From: Cylindrospermopsis raciborskii Cr2010
Lineage (GTDB): Bacteria; Cyanobacteriota; Cyanobacteriia; Cyanobacteriales; Nostocaceae
DNA length: 32,000 nucleotides
Assembly (NCBI RefSeq): GCF_003367075.2
Contig: NZ_CP065936.1
Coordinates: 480,001-512,000 of the forward strand
Direction of reading: 5' to 3'
Both the position numbers and the translations under genes were made by a program. The notes under the pieces are model-generated. The model searched no databases, had not been told where the DNA came from, and saw only the letters and a program-made list of their open reading frames with translations. Below, piece by piece: positions 18,754 through 27,681 of the stretch. The first letter of the stretch is position 1. Each line of letters opens with the position of its first letter.

Positions 18754-18777
18754 GACGGAAAACGTTTTCCGTCAATC
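18754..18777. repeat. Representative of a palindromic element family; consensus TTGACGGAAAACGTTTTCCGTCAA (perfect here)
   Basis: Related copies at 5900-5921, 6530-6553, 19235-19256, 23131-23152, 23321-23344 and 27412-27435, several with shared flanks (ctttgaaataactgatttatcc / atcttttaccaa.cgggaaccgaacatgaaa). Confidence 0.9.
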
Positions 18778-19325
18778 TTTTACCAAACGGGAACCGAACA
18801 TGAAATGAGCCTAGATATAAATTCTCCTTCCTGGAGGAGAGCGATCTCCCAAAGGGAGTGCTGCGCAATCGCCCTTCAGCATGTTCAAGTTTTTCCCTTC
18901 AGAAGGAATCGGGGGATAATCACTAAGAGCGATCGCCCGTAGTGGGTGTAATGCGATCGCCCGTAGGGAGTGCTTCGCAATCGCCCTACGGAATAAATAT
19001 TGATTGAGATCCCCAGAAGCTTGTTACCCAAACTGCGATCGCCCCTTTATACATTCAGATTTTCCCCTTGAGAAGAAACCAGGGGCATTTCTAAATGCGA
19101 GATCCCGTAGGGAGTGCAAAGCGATCGCCTGTCCTCATGTTCAGTATTTTCCATTGAGAAGGAAGTAGAGACGATTCCCACAAGCGATCGCCCGGCAAAT
19201 ATCCTAAAAGCATTGAAATAACTGATTTATCTTTTGACAGAAAACGTTTTCCGTCACTATTTAACATAGATTTGGAAACGTCATATATCAGGCGATCGCG
19301 CCGAAGAGCATGAGTACCACATTTA

Positions 19326-19958
19326 TTGCTAGGTAATCCCAGCATCGCTAAAAACAGTATTGATAGTTCAAATAACTATCTGATGGTCAAGAAGCAATAC
19401 GCTTTATCTTATAATCGCAGTCATGGGACTGCTAATTGGGTAGCCTGGGAACTTAACCAATCGTGGCTAGGAAATGCAGAAAGACAAGATAATTTCAGAC
19501 CTGATCCAACTCTTCCGAAACAGTGGAAACGAATAAAACCAAGTATTTATAAAGGTTCTGGATACGATAGAGGACATTTAGTTCCTTCTGGAGATAGGAA
19601 GGCAAACATTGAAGATAATTCATCTACCTTCCTGATGACTAATATCATTCCACAAACGCCAGATAATAATAGAAACACCTGGGGGAACCTAGAAGATTAC
19701 AGCAGGGATTTAGTAGAACAAGGTAAAACCCTATACATTATTGCTGGTACTTGGGGAAGTCAAGGAAAAATCAATAATCTGGTCAATATCCCCAAATACA
19801 CTTGGAAAATTATTGTTGTACTGGATCACCCATCATCGCACTTTAGTTTATTCTCAATGGTAGGCGCGATCGCACTTCTTAAGGAAAAACAGTTGAATCT
19901 GTTCTTATTAATTGGCGTGCGATGGCAGTTGAGCATATTACAAGAGGAATATTGTTGA
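19326..19958 (+). CDS. DNA/RNA non-specific endonuclease (NucA-like), probably damaged at both ends
   Basis: YALSYNRSHGTANWVAWELNQSWLG...GSGYDRGHLVPSGDRKA...FLMTNIIPQTPDNNRNTWGNLEDYSRDLV. DRGH catalytic motif present. No signal peptide and an atypical C-terminus. Confidence 0.8.
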   Translation: MLGNPSIAKNSIDSSNNYLMVKKQYALSYNRSHGTANWVAWELNQSWLGNAERQDNFRPDPTLPKQWKRIKPSIYKGSGYDRGHLVPSGDRKANIEDNSSTFLMTNIIPQTPDNNRNTWGNLEDYSRDLVEQGKTLYIIAGTWGSQGKINNLVNIPKYTWKIIVVLDHPSSHFSLFSMVGAIALLKEKQLNLFLLIGVRWQLSILQEEYC

Positions 19959-20262
19959 ATCTATATTTGGTAACAAGTAATGAGATTTGTATTTGAATGC
20001 CTACTATTTTTTATAAAAGTAAATAAATGAAGAAGTTTTTTGTATGTAATTATATTGCGGTACAGGCAGTTAGTTATGTCTTTTCATGGGAAAATAGTAA
20101 ATCTATAAGTTTTTAATAAAGTAAATGTATTTATAGGAAAGTAGTGAAGGAGGAGATAGATACAGAGAATAAAAAAATACAGAAAGAGTACGGATAGAGG
20201 ATAAGAGGGAGTGAAAGTAAGATAAGTGCAATTATCAGTAGTTCATTCGGGAGGTTTTTCTA

Positions 20263-21126
20263 TTGTCTACCATCTCTGTCTTGTCTAACCCCTCTACTAC
20301 AATTACCAAAGAAGATTCTATTACTAATGCTATTAATCAATGGTTATATGGTAAATCTACACACTCTAAAAGAAGCTATAATAGGGTAATTCGTAGTTAC
20401 ATATCTTATTTAGATGATATCCATATAGCTAATTCTACTGCTGCTCATTTTAGAGATTACCAGGAATATCTCTATCAATCTGGTAAAACTATTAATACTA
20501 TTAACACTTACACCAATATAATAAAATCCTTCTTTACTTTTCTTAGAGATGAGAGTGTACTTCCTACTAATATCACCCATCGTGTTAAATCTCCTAAGCC
20601 TGTCTCTGCTTTACGTGAAAGAATTTTAACTCGAGCAGAAGTAGATGCTATGATTACATTAGAAACTAATACACGTAATCGACTTATCTTAGAGCTATTA
20701 TTCTTTTGTGGACTTAGAGTTAGTGAATTAACTATACTTCTCTGGGCAGATATTAAAGATAATGGTTCTACTGCTTATGTTCATATTACTGGTAAAGGTA
20801 ACAAACAACGCACTTTAATCATTCCTCCTTTACTATGGACATCTTTAAAGTCGCATAAAACTACTAATGAGTCTCCTGTATTTAAATCTCGCAAGGGTGG
20901 TAAAAATCTTACACAAAAAGCTGTTTGGGATATTGTTCGCACTGCTTCTAAAAGAATTGGTATCAGCGCCAGTCCCCATTGGCTCCGCCACACTCATGCT
21001 ACCTTAGCTTTACACAATGGTGCTGATATTAATCAAGTTTCTACATCTTTAGGTCATTCTTCTGTTGCTACTACAACTAAATATCTACATGCCCGACCTA
21101 ATGATTGTAGTAGTCTTTATCTATAG
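20263..21126 (+). CDS. Tyrosine recombinase/phage-type integrase (XerC/D-like), TTG start
   Basis: 287 aa. SAM-like N-domain, LLFFCGLRVSELTILLWADI, HWLRHTHATLALHNGADINQVSTSLGHSSVATTTKYLHARP (R..HxxR..H..Y). Confidence 0.9.
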   Translation: MSTISVLSNPSTTITKEDSITNAINQWLYGKSTHSKRSYNRVIRSYISYLDDIHIANSTAAHFRDYQEYLYQSGKTINTINTYTNIIKSFFTFLRDESVLPTNITHRVKSPKPVSALRERILTRAEVDAMITLETNTRNRLILELLFFCGLRVSELTILLWADIKDNGSTAYVHITGKGNKQRTLIIPPLLWTSLKSHKTTNESPVFKSRKGGKNLTQKAVWDIVRTASKRIGISASPHWLRHTHATLALHNGADINQVSTSLGHSSVATTTKYLHARPNDCSSLYL

Positions 21127-21139
21127 ATACTTAAATGAA

Positions 21140-21167
21140 AGAGGGAAGATTATCCTCCCTCTTTTTT
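21140..21167 (+). terminator. Rho-independent terminator after the recombinase
   Basis: AGAGGGA AGATTATCC TCCCTCT followed by TTTTT, 14 nt after the stop. Confidence 0.8.
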
Positions 21168-21241
21168 ATTTGTCTTAACACTTAGTTCTCTTATGAAAGT
21201 TAAAGTTTGCGAATTTACTTATCTACACTAAATATACTCAA

Positions 21242-22624
21242 TTCGCAATACCTATTCCTTCTTGCGAAGGTCAAGACCGTCTTCACCGTTGAAGATGGTA
21301 ATCCTATAAAAAAGTCGCAATACCTATTCCTTCTTGCGAAGGTCAAGACCACCCTGGAGGACGGAGTGAATGTGGATGTCGTCTCTAAGTCGCAATACCT
21401 ATTCCTTCTTGCGAAGGTCAAGACCAGAGTGATGCCCTCAAACAAACACCTTCTAGAAACCTAGAGTCGCAATACCTATTCCTTCTTGCGAAGGTCAAGA
21501 CTGAGTTGGTTATCTCGATTGTTGCTGCAATTGTTTCAGGTCGCAATACCTATTCCTTCTTGCGAAGGTCAAGACAAGCTTAATTCCGCAATTAAGCTAG
21601 TTCTGGCAGAAGACCGTCGCAATACCTATTCCTTCTTGCGAAGGTCAAGACTATTCCTGAACCAAGACGGCAATGCTGTTAAAAACAAGTCGCAATACCT
21701 ATTCCTTCTTGCGAAGGTCAAGACTTAGAGGAGGTATAGAACTCTTCGAAAACGGTGGTGAGTCGCAATACCTATTCCTTCTTGCGAAGGTCAAGACGGT
21801 TGCCTCAGACTTTGAATACCTGTATGGTATTTAATTGTCGCAATACCTATTCCTTCTTGCGAAGGTCAAGACAATATGAGTCCTGGACACCCCAAGAGGT
21901 TACTACTTCTTGGTCGCAATACCTATTCCTTCTTGCGAAGGTCAAGACCCACCACCTCACATCTTTGACATCTTGTCAGTGTTGTGTGTCGCAATACCTA
22001 TTCCTTCTTGCGAAGGTCAAGACGGTACTGTCCTTTTTACACAACTACAGCCGTACCTCTGGTCGCAATACCTATTCCTTCTTGCGAAGGTCAAGACATG
22101 AACAATGGTGTTAGAGAGTCTTGGATAGATGGTCGCAATACCTATTCCTTCTTGCGAAGGTCAAGACCAGAGCGATTGATTGACCATCTAGAGGGGAATG
22201 GCTAGTCGCAATACCTATTCCTTCTTGCGAAGGTCAAGACTACCAATTGGTAAGGAGCAACCATGAAATGCTCATGGCAGCCGACCAGTTGTCGCAATAC
22301 CTATTCCTTCTTGCGAAGGTCAAGACTGTTTTCTGTTAGAGGCGCGGCCCCTAACAGTTTTAAGTCGCAATACCTATTCCTTCTTGCGAAGGTCAAGACA
22401 GAGCTGGCAGTTTATTGACATGACCCAAGGACAATGGGTGTCGCAATACCTATTCCTTCTTGCGAAGGTCAAGACCCACCAATCGTTTTTCAGCATTAAT
22501 CCCTCGTCTGAATTGTCGCAATACCTATTCCTTCTTGCGAAGGTCAAGACATTGTTAGAGGAATTGAGAGAGAGACTGAAAGATTGTCGTCGCAATACCT
22601 ATTCCTTCTTGCGAAGGTCAAGAC
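21242..22624 (-). CRISPR. CRISPR array: 19 repeats of 36 nt and 18 spacers (34-50 nt); probable direction minus strand with leader at right
   Basis: + strand repeat GTCGCAATACCTATTCCTTCTTGCGAAGGTCAAGAC at 21242 (5' G to T), 21314, 21389, 21466, 21540, 21616, 21689, 21762, 21837, 21913, 21988, 22062, 22132, 22205, 22291, 22364, 22440, 22515, 22589. No cas genes in the window. Confidence 0.98.
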
Positions 22625-23165
22625 CCCTCCATTTTAACCCCTTACCCTGACTGGTGTCTAGACCCACTTTGCGAAGGTCAGCAAAATTTCTCTGTTTTTC
22701 ACCTCCAGCACCATCAAAATAATGGCTGAAACCTTTACACCACAAGGCTGCGAGGTTCCCAACGAAATAATAGGCATTCCAGCGTTTTTTCTTGACCTTC
22801 GCAATCTCTTCGTTAATTACTGTTTTTTTTGTCTTTATTTTTATCATTATTCTTTCTTATTACTTAAATATTTATATCGATTTTCCCCTATATTCCCCCG
22901 TATTATAACACATTTACAGCAAAATAATTCCCTAAAAATTATGTATATTTTCTTTTTATTGTGAATACGCTACTGTAAGTTACTGGGTGCAAAACTTTAA
23001 AAGTATATTTCATTGTCTGGATAAAAATGTATAGCTATAATTTAATATCTTAAAATACAATACTAACTTACATAGCTACATCCAATTAAACAGTATACGC
23101 TAAAATTCTTGGAGTAATGGCTTTATGCACTGACGAAAAACGTTTTCCGTCAATCTTTTACCAAC
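22625..23165 (-). promoter_or_regulatory. Probable CRISPR leader and upstream region (copy B), duplicated at 5893-6455
   Basis: Conserved between two CRISPR-bearing loci and adjacent to the end with intact repeats. The opposite terminal repeat carries a terminal mutation. Confidence 0.6.
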
Positions 23166-23603
23166 CGCGAACCGAACATGAAACGTGCCTAGAGGAGAGC
23201 GATCTCGCGTAGCGAGTGCTGCGCTATCTCCCGTAGGGAGTGCTTCGCAATCGCCCGTAGGGAGTGCTTCGCAATCCCCCTCCAAATATCCCCAAAACTT
23301 TGAAATAACTGATTTATCCTTTGACGGAAAACGTTTACCGTCAAAGTTTTACCAAATGGGAACCGAACATGAAATGAGCCTGGATATGAATTCTGCTTCC
23401 TGTAGCAAAGCGATCTCGCGTAGCGAGTGCTTCGCAATCGCCCGTAGGGAGTGCAATGCGATCTCCCGTAGGGAGTGCTGCGCAATCGCCCGTAGGGAGT
23501 GCTTCGCAATCGCTCATAGGGGGAAGACGAACCCTAGGAAATTCGCAAGGGAAATGCTTCCGAACCAGGGTGCGAGGGCAGAATCCAACCCAGTATCTAC
23601 CAG

Positions 23604-23717
23604 GTCGCAATACTTATTCCTTCTTACGAAGGTCAAGATGTAGCTGTAAAACAATCAAATACCTCTTTAGTTGTACAAGCAGTCGCAATACCTATTCCTT
23701 CTTACGAAGGTCGAGAC
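23604..23717 (-). CRISPR. Second copy of the decayed two-repeat mini-array (23604-23639, 23682-23717) with the same 42-nt spacer as 8246-8287
   Basis: gtcgcaatacttattccttcttacgaaggtcaagat, spacer gtagctgtaaaacaatcaaatacctctttagttgtacaagca, gtcgcaatacctattccttcttacgaaggtcgagac. Reverse complement of 8210-8323. Confidence 0.8.
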
Positions 23718-23835
23718 ATATTTCATATTAATTAGTCTTTTGCCAAATTACCCGAGGTCTATGCTACCATGTCCCACACATTTTTCCAGAACATACTGAA
23801 AGCGAATGATCTTTTGTCAACCTCCTACAATTCTA

Positions 23836-24441
23836 CTAATCAGTAATCGCATTCATTAAAACTTCTGTTAAACTCATTTCTTCTAACTCATCTAAAGTCA
23901 CAGTGTCACAAATATCAAATTTAGCTCCTACACTTTGTAACTGGTCATCGAGAGTTTTGAGAAATTTTGTAGCTTGCGGATCCCTACCTACTTGAATTAG
24001 AGAAATTGCTAATTCCTCATCTTTATCCATTTTGCGAGAGGCCTTAATAACTACTTCAAAAACTGCTTTCCGATCATCCGGTTCGCCATCAGTAATCACT
24101 AGAATGGTTTCACCATTCGGTTTGGCTTGACCAGATGCTTTACGTTGAAAATATTGATTAGTAGCATCTAAAAGCACTCCAGCTAAATTGGTTGCACCAA
24201 CAGGATCATTTTCTTGAAATATTTGGGCAACCTTTGCTGCTGTCACATTTTCGTATCGTTTAAATCTACCGGAAAATACATAAACAGTAATACCATCTGG
24301 GTCAAATTCCTCACACTTTCTGGCTAGGGCTATGGTAGATTCTTGGGCTATTTCCCATCTGGTTTTTCCACCCCGTTGATCTCGAGTTGACATGCTCCCA
24401 CTTTTATCAATGATTAGCGTATAGTCGCGATCGTTCAACAT
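23836..24441 (-). CDS. von Willebrand factor type A (vWA) domain protein
   Basis: DYTLIIDKSGSMSTRDQRGGKTRWEIAQESTIALARKCEEFDPDG (MIDAS DxSxS)...GATNLAGVLLDAT...ETILVITDGEPDD. Confidence 0.92.
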   Translation of the reverse strand: MLNDRDYTLIIDKSGSMSTRDQRGGKTRWEIAQESTIALARKCEEFDPDGITVYVFSGRFKRYENVTAAKVAQIFQENDPVGATNLAGVLLDATNQYFQRKASGQAKPNGETILVITDGEPDDRKAVFEVVIKASRKMDKDEELAISLIQVGRDPQATKFLKTLDDQLQSVGAKFDICDTVTLDELEEMSLTEVLMNAITD

Positions 24442-24567
24442 ATTTTGCTCTAAATATTAGGTTACTCTTATTTTATCTGTTATCTAGCATTTTTGCGCAA
24501 GGTGAGGGTATCCTAATTCCCAGTTAGAAAAATGAGATAAATTTAAACAGTACATAGATATCCTTCG

Positions 24568-24852
24568 ATGACAGAACAGGATGGAGGCATAACGGATATT
24601 AGCTATATTATAATAGTATTATTAGTCTTTATTATGATGATTTATCGTCACTTTACGCATCAAAGGGTCAACTACCATTACTGGGAGGTTGGGAACAATG
24701 GGGTTGTCAAGTGGGGATGTTTTTCCCTCCCTTGCATAGTTTACCTAGTCTTACCTCGCGTATTTAGCCCAACTCTCCTTTCTCATGGTATTTCAGGTAG
24801 TAAGTGGTGCCTCGCGAGCTACCGTAGGAAATACTTTGGGTTCACGTTATAA
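24568..24852 (+). CDS. Small hypothetical membrane protein, duplicate of the 7789-8121 ORF
   Basis: MTEQDGGITDISYIIIVLLVFIMMIYRHFTHQRVNYHYWEV... Confidence 0.4.
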   Translation: MTEQDGGITDISYIIIVLLVFIMMIYRHFTHQRVNYHYWEVGNNGVVKWGCFSLPCIVYLVLPRVFSPTLLSHGISGSKWCLASYRRKYFGFTL

Positions 24853-25100
24853 AAGACAATTGTCATATCCCACTATGGAGCAATGGTTCAAAAGTGCAAA
24901 ACCGATAAAGCTCTAATCTAGGTCACAGCACCCTTTTCAATAAGTGGAATTAAATATAAGATGAAGGTAGGTTGAGTTGAAGTATAAAACCCACTACACG
25001 CGTGGCTTATGCTACCCCTAACCCATCCTACAAATAACTGTGCCTTCCTACTTAGTCCAAAAATATTTCAAAAGTAGATAGAACCAACATAAAGGGATAT

Positions 25101-26387
25101 ATGAAGATAAACAAATTACATCTGTCAATTACCAGCATAGCAATTTTTGCATTAATAAACATACTGTGGATACCACAGTATACAATTGCATCTAAAAAGA
25201 ATAGTTCACAAAGAAGCAACTCAAGTCGTATGTCAAACAAAGCGACTTATCTTACTACGCCTTTCAATAACTCAACCAAAATACTACCAAATTTTCTTGG
25301 GCATGATCTTGAAGCCATTTCAAACGCGTTAATTAAAAGACAGGAGTCTTTGAAAAAGGATGAATTTGAAACTACACAAGCATTTAATCAAAGAGTAATC
25401 AAAGAAGGACTTAAACCAATACTTGGAACAATCAATGTTGATAGTACCTTAGCTTTTGTTCTGTCAGATAAGTTTGAGTCATCCTACAATGCTGATTTAA
25501 GTTTATTTCGTATAGAAATACCTAAAAGTGATTATACAGAATTTACGTGGAAGTCAAAGACATTTAACTACAGAACGTATAAAGCTTCTAATGCTTTTGG
25601 AGCTACAATAGATGTTAGTAGTTGGGATAGGGAATCATTTAGTATAAAGCCGGACAGGAAAAGTAACGAACAAACTATTACACTTAGAATAAGTTCTAAT
25701 TTAGCTAAAAAACTTAAAGAGAATTTTAGGATAATATTTATTTCCAAAATAGAAGGATACAGCCCTGTAAAAAGGCAAATAGGACGCTCTAATGCAACCT
25801 TTGATAACCCTTATAGTATATCATATTCTGATACTTCCTTAAATGTGAAGATATTAGAATTCAAGATTTTTGATAAAACAACTGGTAAAGTCTACTATTC
25901 TGGAACATTGTATCCACCAATCAATTACACAAAATTAGAAACCCTATTAAAAGCTCAAAACTTTAGAGAAGCAGATGAAGAAACAGCCAGAGTAATGTTA
26001 GCAGTAGCTAACAGACAAAGCGAGGGTTGGTTGAGAATAGAAGATGCAGAAAATTTTCCCTGTCAAGAATTGCGCACCATTGATAATTTGTGGTTAAAAT
26101 ATAGTCAGGGTAAATTTGGTATATCTGTCCAACAAGAAATATACAAAAACCTGGGGGGAACAAAACAATTTGATGTAAATGTATGGAGATCCTTCGGAGA
26201 CAGGGTGGGATGGAGAAAACAAGGTTCATGGCTCGATTACAAAGATTTAAACTTTTCATTATCCGCACCAACGGGTCACCTCTTTGTTGGTGGTGGGGTG
26301 GGGTGGGAAGGGGGTTTGTGGGGGAGGTGGGGAGGGGTGATGGGTAGTAGGAAGATCTTCCCTCCTGTCAAGACATGTAGAGTGTAA
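25101..26387 (+). CDS. Secreted/membrane-anchored protein of unknown N-terminal domain fused to GUN4, with Gly/Trp-rich variable tail
   Basis: N-terminal hydrophobic segment, unknown 250-aa region, YTKLETLLKAQNFREADEETARVMLAV...FSLSAPTGHLFVGGGVGWEGGLWGRWGGVMGSRKIFPPVKTCRV. Confidence 0.88.
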   Translation: MKINKLHLSITSIAIFALINILWIPQYTIASKKNSSQRSNSSRMSNKATYLTTPFNNSTKILPNFLGHDLEAISNALIKRQESLKKDEFETTQAFNQRVIKEGLKPILGTINVDSTLAFVLSDKFESSYNADLSLFRIEIPKSDYTEFTWKSKTFNYRTYKASNAFGATIDVSSWDRESFSIKPDRKSNEQTITLRISSNLAKKLKENFRIIFISKIEGYSPVKRQIGRSNATFDNPYSISYSDTSLNVKILEFKIFDKTTGKVYYSGTLYPPINYTKLETLLKAQNFREADEETARVMLAVANRQSEGWLRIEDAENFPCQELRTIDNLWLKYSQGKFGISVQQEIYKNLGGTKQFDVNVWRSFGDRVGWRKQGSWLDYKDLNFSLSAPTGHLFVGGGVGWEGGLWGRWGGVMGSRKIFPPVKTCRV

Positions 26388-27258
26388 CCCATAAAGGTTT
26401 GATAGTATTGTTAACTTTTGTAAATAACAAGAAATTAACGAAACCTTGCTAGTTCCAGGGTTTCGGATACCTGGTACTATTTATTTTTAGGATTAGGTGT
26501 ATAACAATTTGCCTTGACAAATATTGTTGCTGCCTTTATTATTTCCTCATTAGTTATGTCTAACTCATCCCAAAAGAGCTTTAGTTGTCCCGGTGATGTT
26601 CCCTTCTTTTTTTGATTTGGTTTCATCCCCGCCAAAAGTTTACTCCCCCAGCGGTTTTTTTCCACCTTTTTCGGTTGAGGACGATATTTTTGACAAAATC
26701 CTTTATAAATGCTTGCACACTCATCTAAAGTTTTCCCTAATGCTAAAAAGGCTGGATGCCATGTTGTTACCCCATCACTACCTAACCTCTCATGTACTCC
26801 ATAGTTACTAAAATCATAAAACATTCCCTGTTGTATTCCTGCTGCTTTAGGATTGCCGTGTATATATCTCAGCGTGTTTAATGCCCTTTTCTTATCTGAC
26901 ATGGCAAACCCCGTGCTGTGATACCTTTTTTCCCAAAAATGCCCTGTTCTATTCAGCATCTGATTAAAGCACAGTGCTGTATACCAATTTAACCAGTGCA
27001 TAATTTTAGGCAGATCTGAGGGCTGTAATGGTTCTATTAAATAATGTATGTGATTACTCATTAGACATAACCCATACATTCTAAAATTATACTTGTCAAT
27101 TGCTTTTTTTATTGCATAAATCAAGACCTGACGACATTCTAATTTAGTTAGTCTAAATTCCCGATTGTTACATCTGATTGTAATGTGATAGCAGTATCCT
27201 GCTTCTAATTTTCTTGGTTTTCGACTCATAAAAATTTAAGACTGGGTTATTCTCAATA
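25926..27258. repeat. GUN4-RAYT module, copy 3 of the window (near-identical partner at 28630-29985)
   Basis: Shared from tacacaaaattagaaaccctatta through ...gggttattctcaata. Differences concentrate in the tail segment 26279-26357 versus 28995-29083 and a short indel near 28870-28915. Confidence 0.93.
26477..27229 (-). CDS. REP-associated tyrosine transposase (RAYT, IS200-like Y1), intact copy 1
   Basis: 250 aa, GYCYHITIRCNNREF...LCLMSNHIHYLIEP (HUH motif)...GHFWEKRYHSTGF...LRYIHGNPKAAG. Confidence 0.93.
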   Translation of the reverse strand: MSRKPRKLEAGYCYHITIRCNNREFRLTKLECRQVLIYAIKKAIDKYNFRMYGLCLMSNHIHYLIEPLQPSDLPKIMHWLNWYTALCFNQMLNRTGHFWEKRYHSTGFAMSDKKRALNTLRYIHGNPKAAGIQQGMFYDFSNYGVHERLGSDGVTTWHPAFLALGKTLDECASIYKGFCQKYRPQPKKVEKNRWGSKLLAGMKPNQKKKGTSPGQLKLFWDELDITNEEIIKAATIFVKANCYTPNPKNK

Positions 27259-27681
27259 TAAAGCTGAGAATGTGCTGTCTCCCGTAGGGAGTGCTTCGCA
27301 ATCGCCTCTCAATACATTCAGAATTTTCCCTTGAGAAGGAATCGGGGGGAACACTGAATGCGAGATCCCCCTCCAAATATCCCAAAAACCTTGAAATAAC
27401 TGATTCATCCTTTGACGGAAAACGTTTACCGTCAATCTTTTACGAACCGGGAACCGAACATGAAACGTGCCTAGATGAGAGCGTGCCTTGCGATCTCGCG
27501 TAGCGAGTGCTGCGCAATCGCCTGTATGGAGTGCTTAGCAAGGATAACTCTTACCCAGGTTATCGGAGTCAAACTGAATGTGGCGCAAATAATGAATTCC
27601 CTGACTCCCTTTTATATGCTCCTTTTTCTGTTACCCTATTAAGATATGGATTATTACTTACCAAAGATAAACTGATTAAAC

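Noticed and set aside
19091-19345. 84-aa minus ORF and other short ORFs containing PLPTGSRI or GDCEALPTGD strings
   Set aside because: Translated REP-like repeats without a conserved domain.
21207-22650. Several ORFs containing IPIPSCEGQD, RNTYSFLRRSR and SQYLFLLAKVKT repeats
   Set aside because: Translations of the CRISPR repeats. Not proteins.
20263-24441. cas genes near the CRISPR array
   Set aside because: The recombinase, vWA protein and small ORFs have no Cas-like motifs. The integrase carries a clear tyrosine-recombinase signature.
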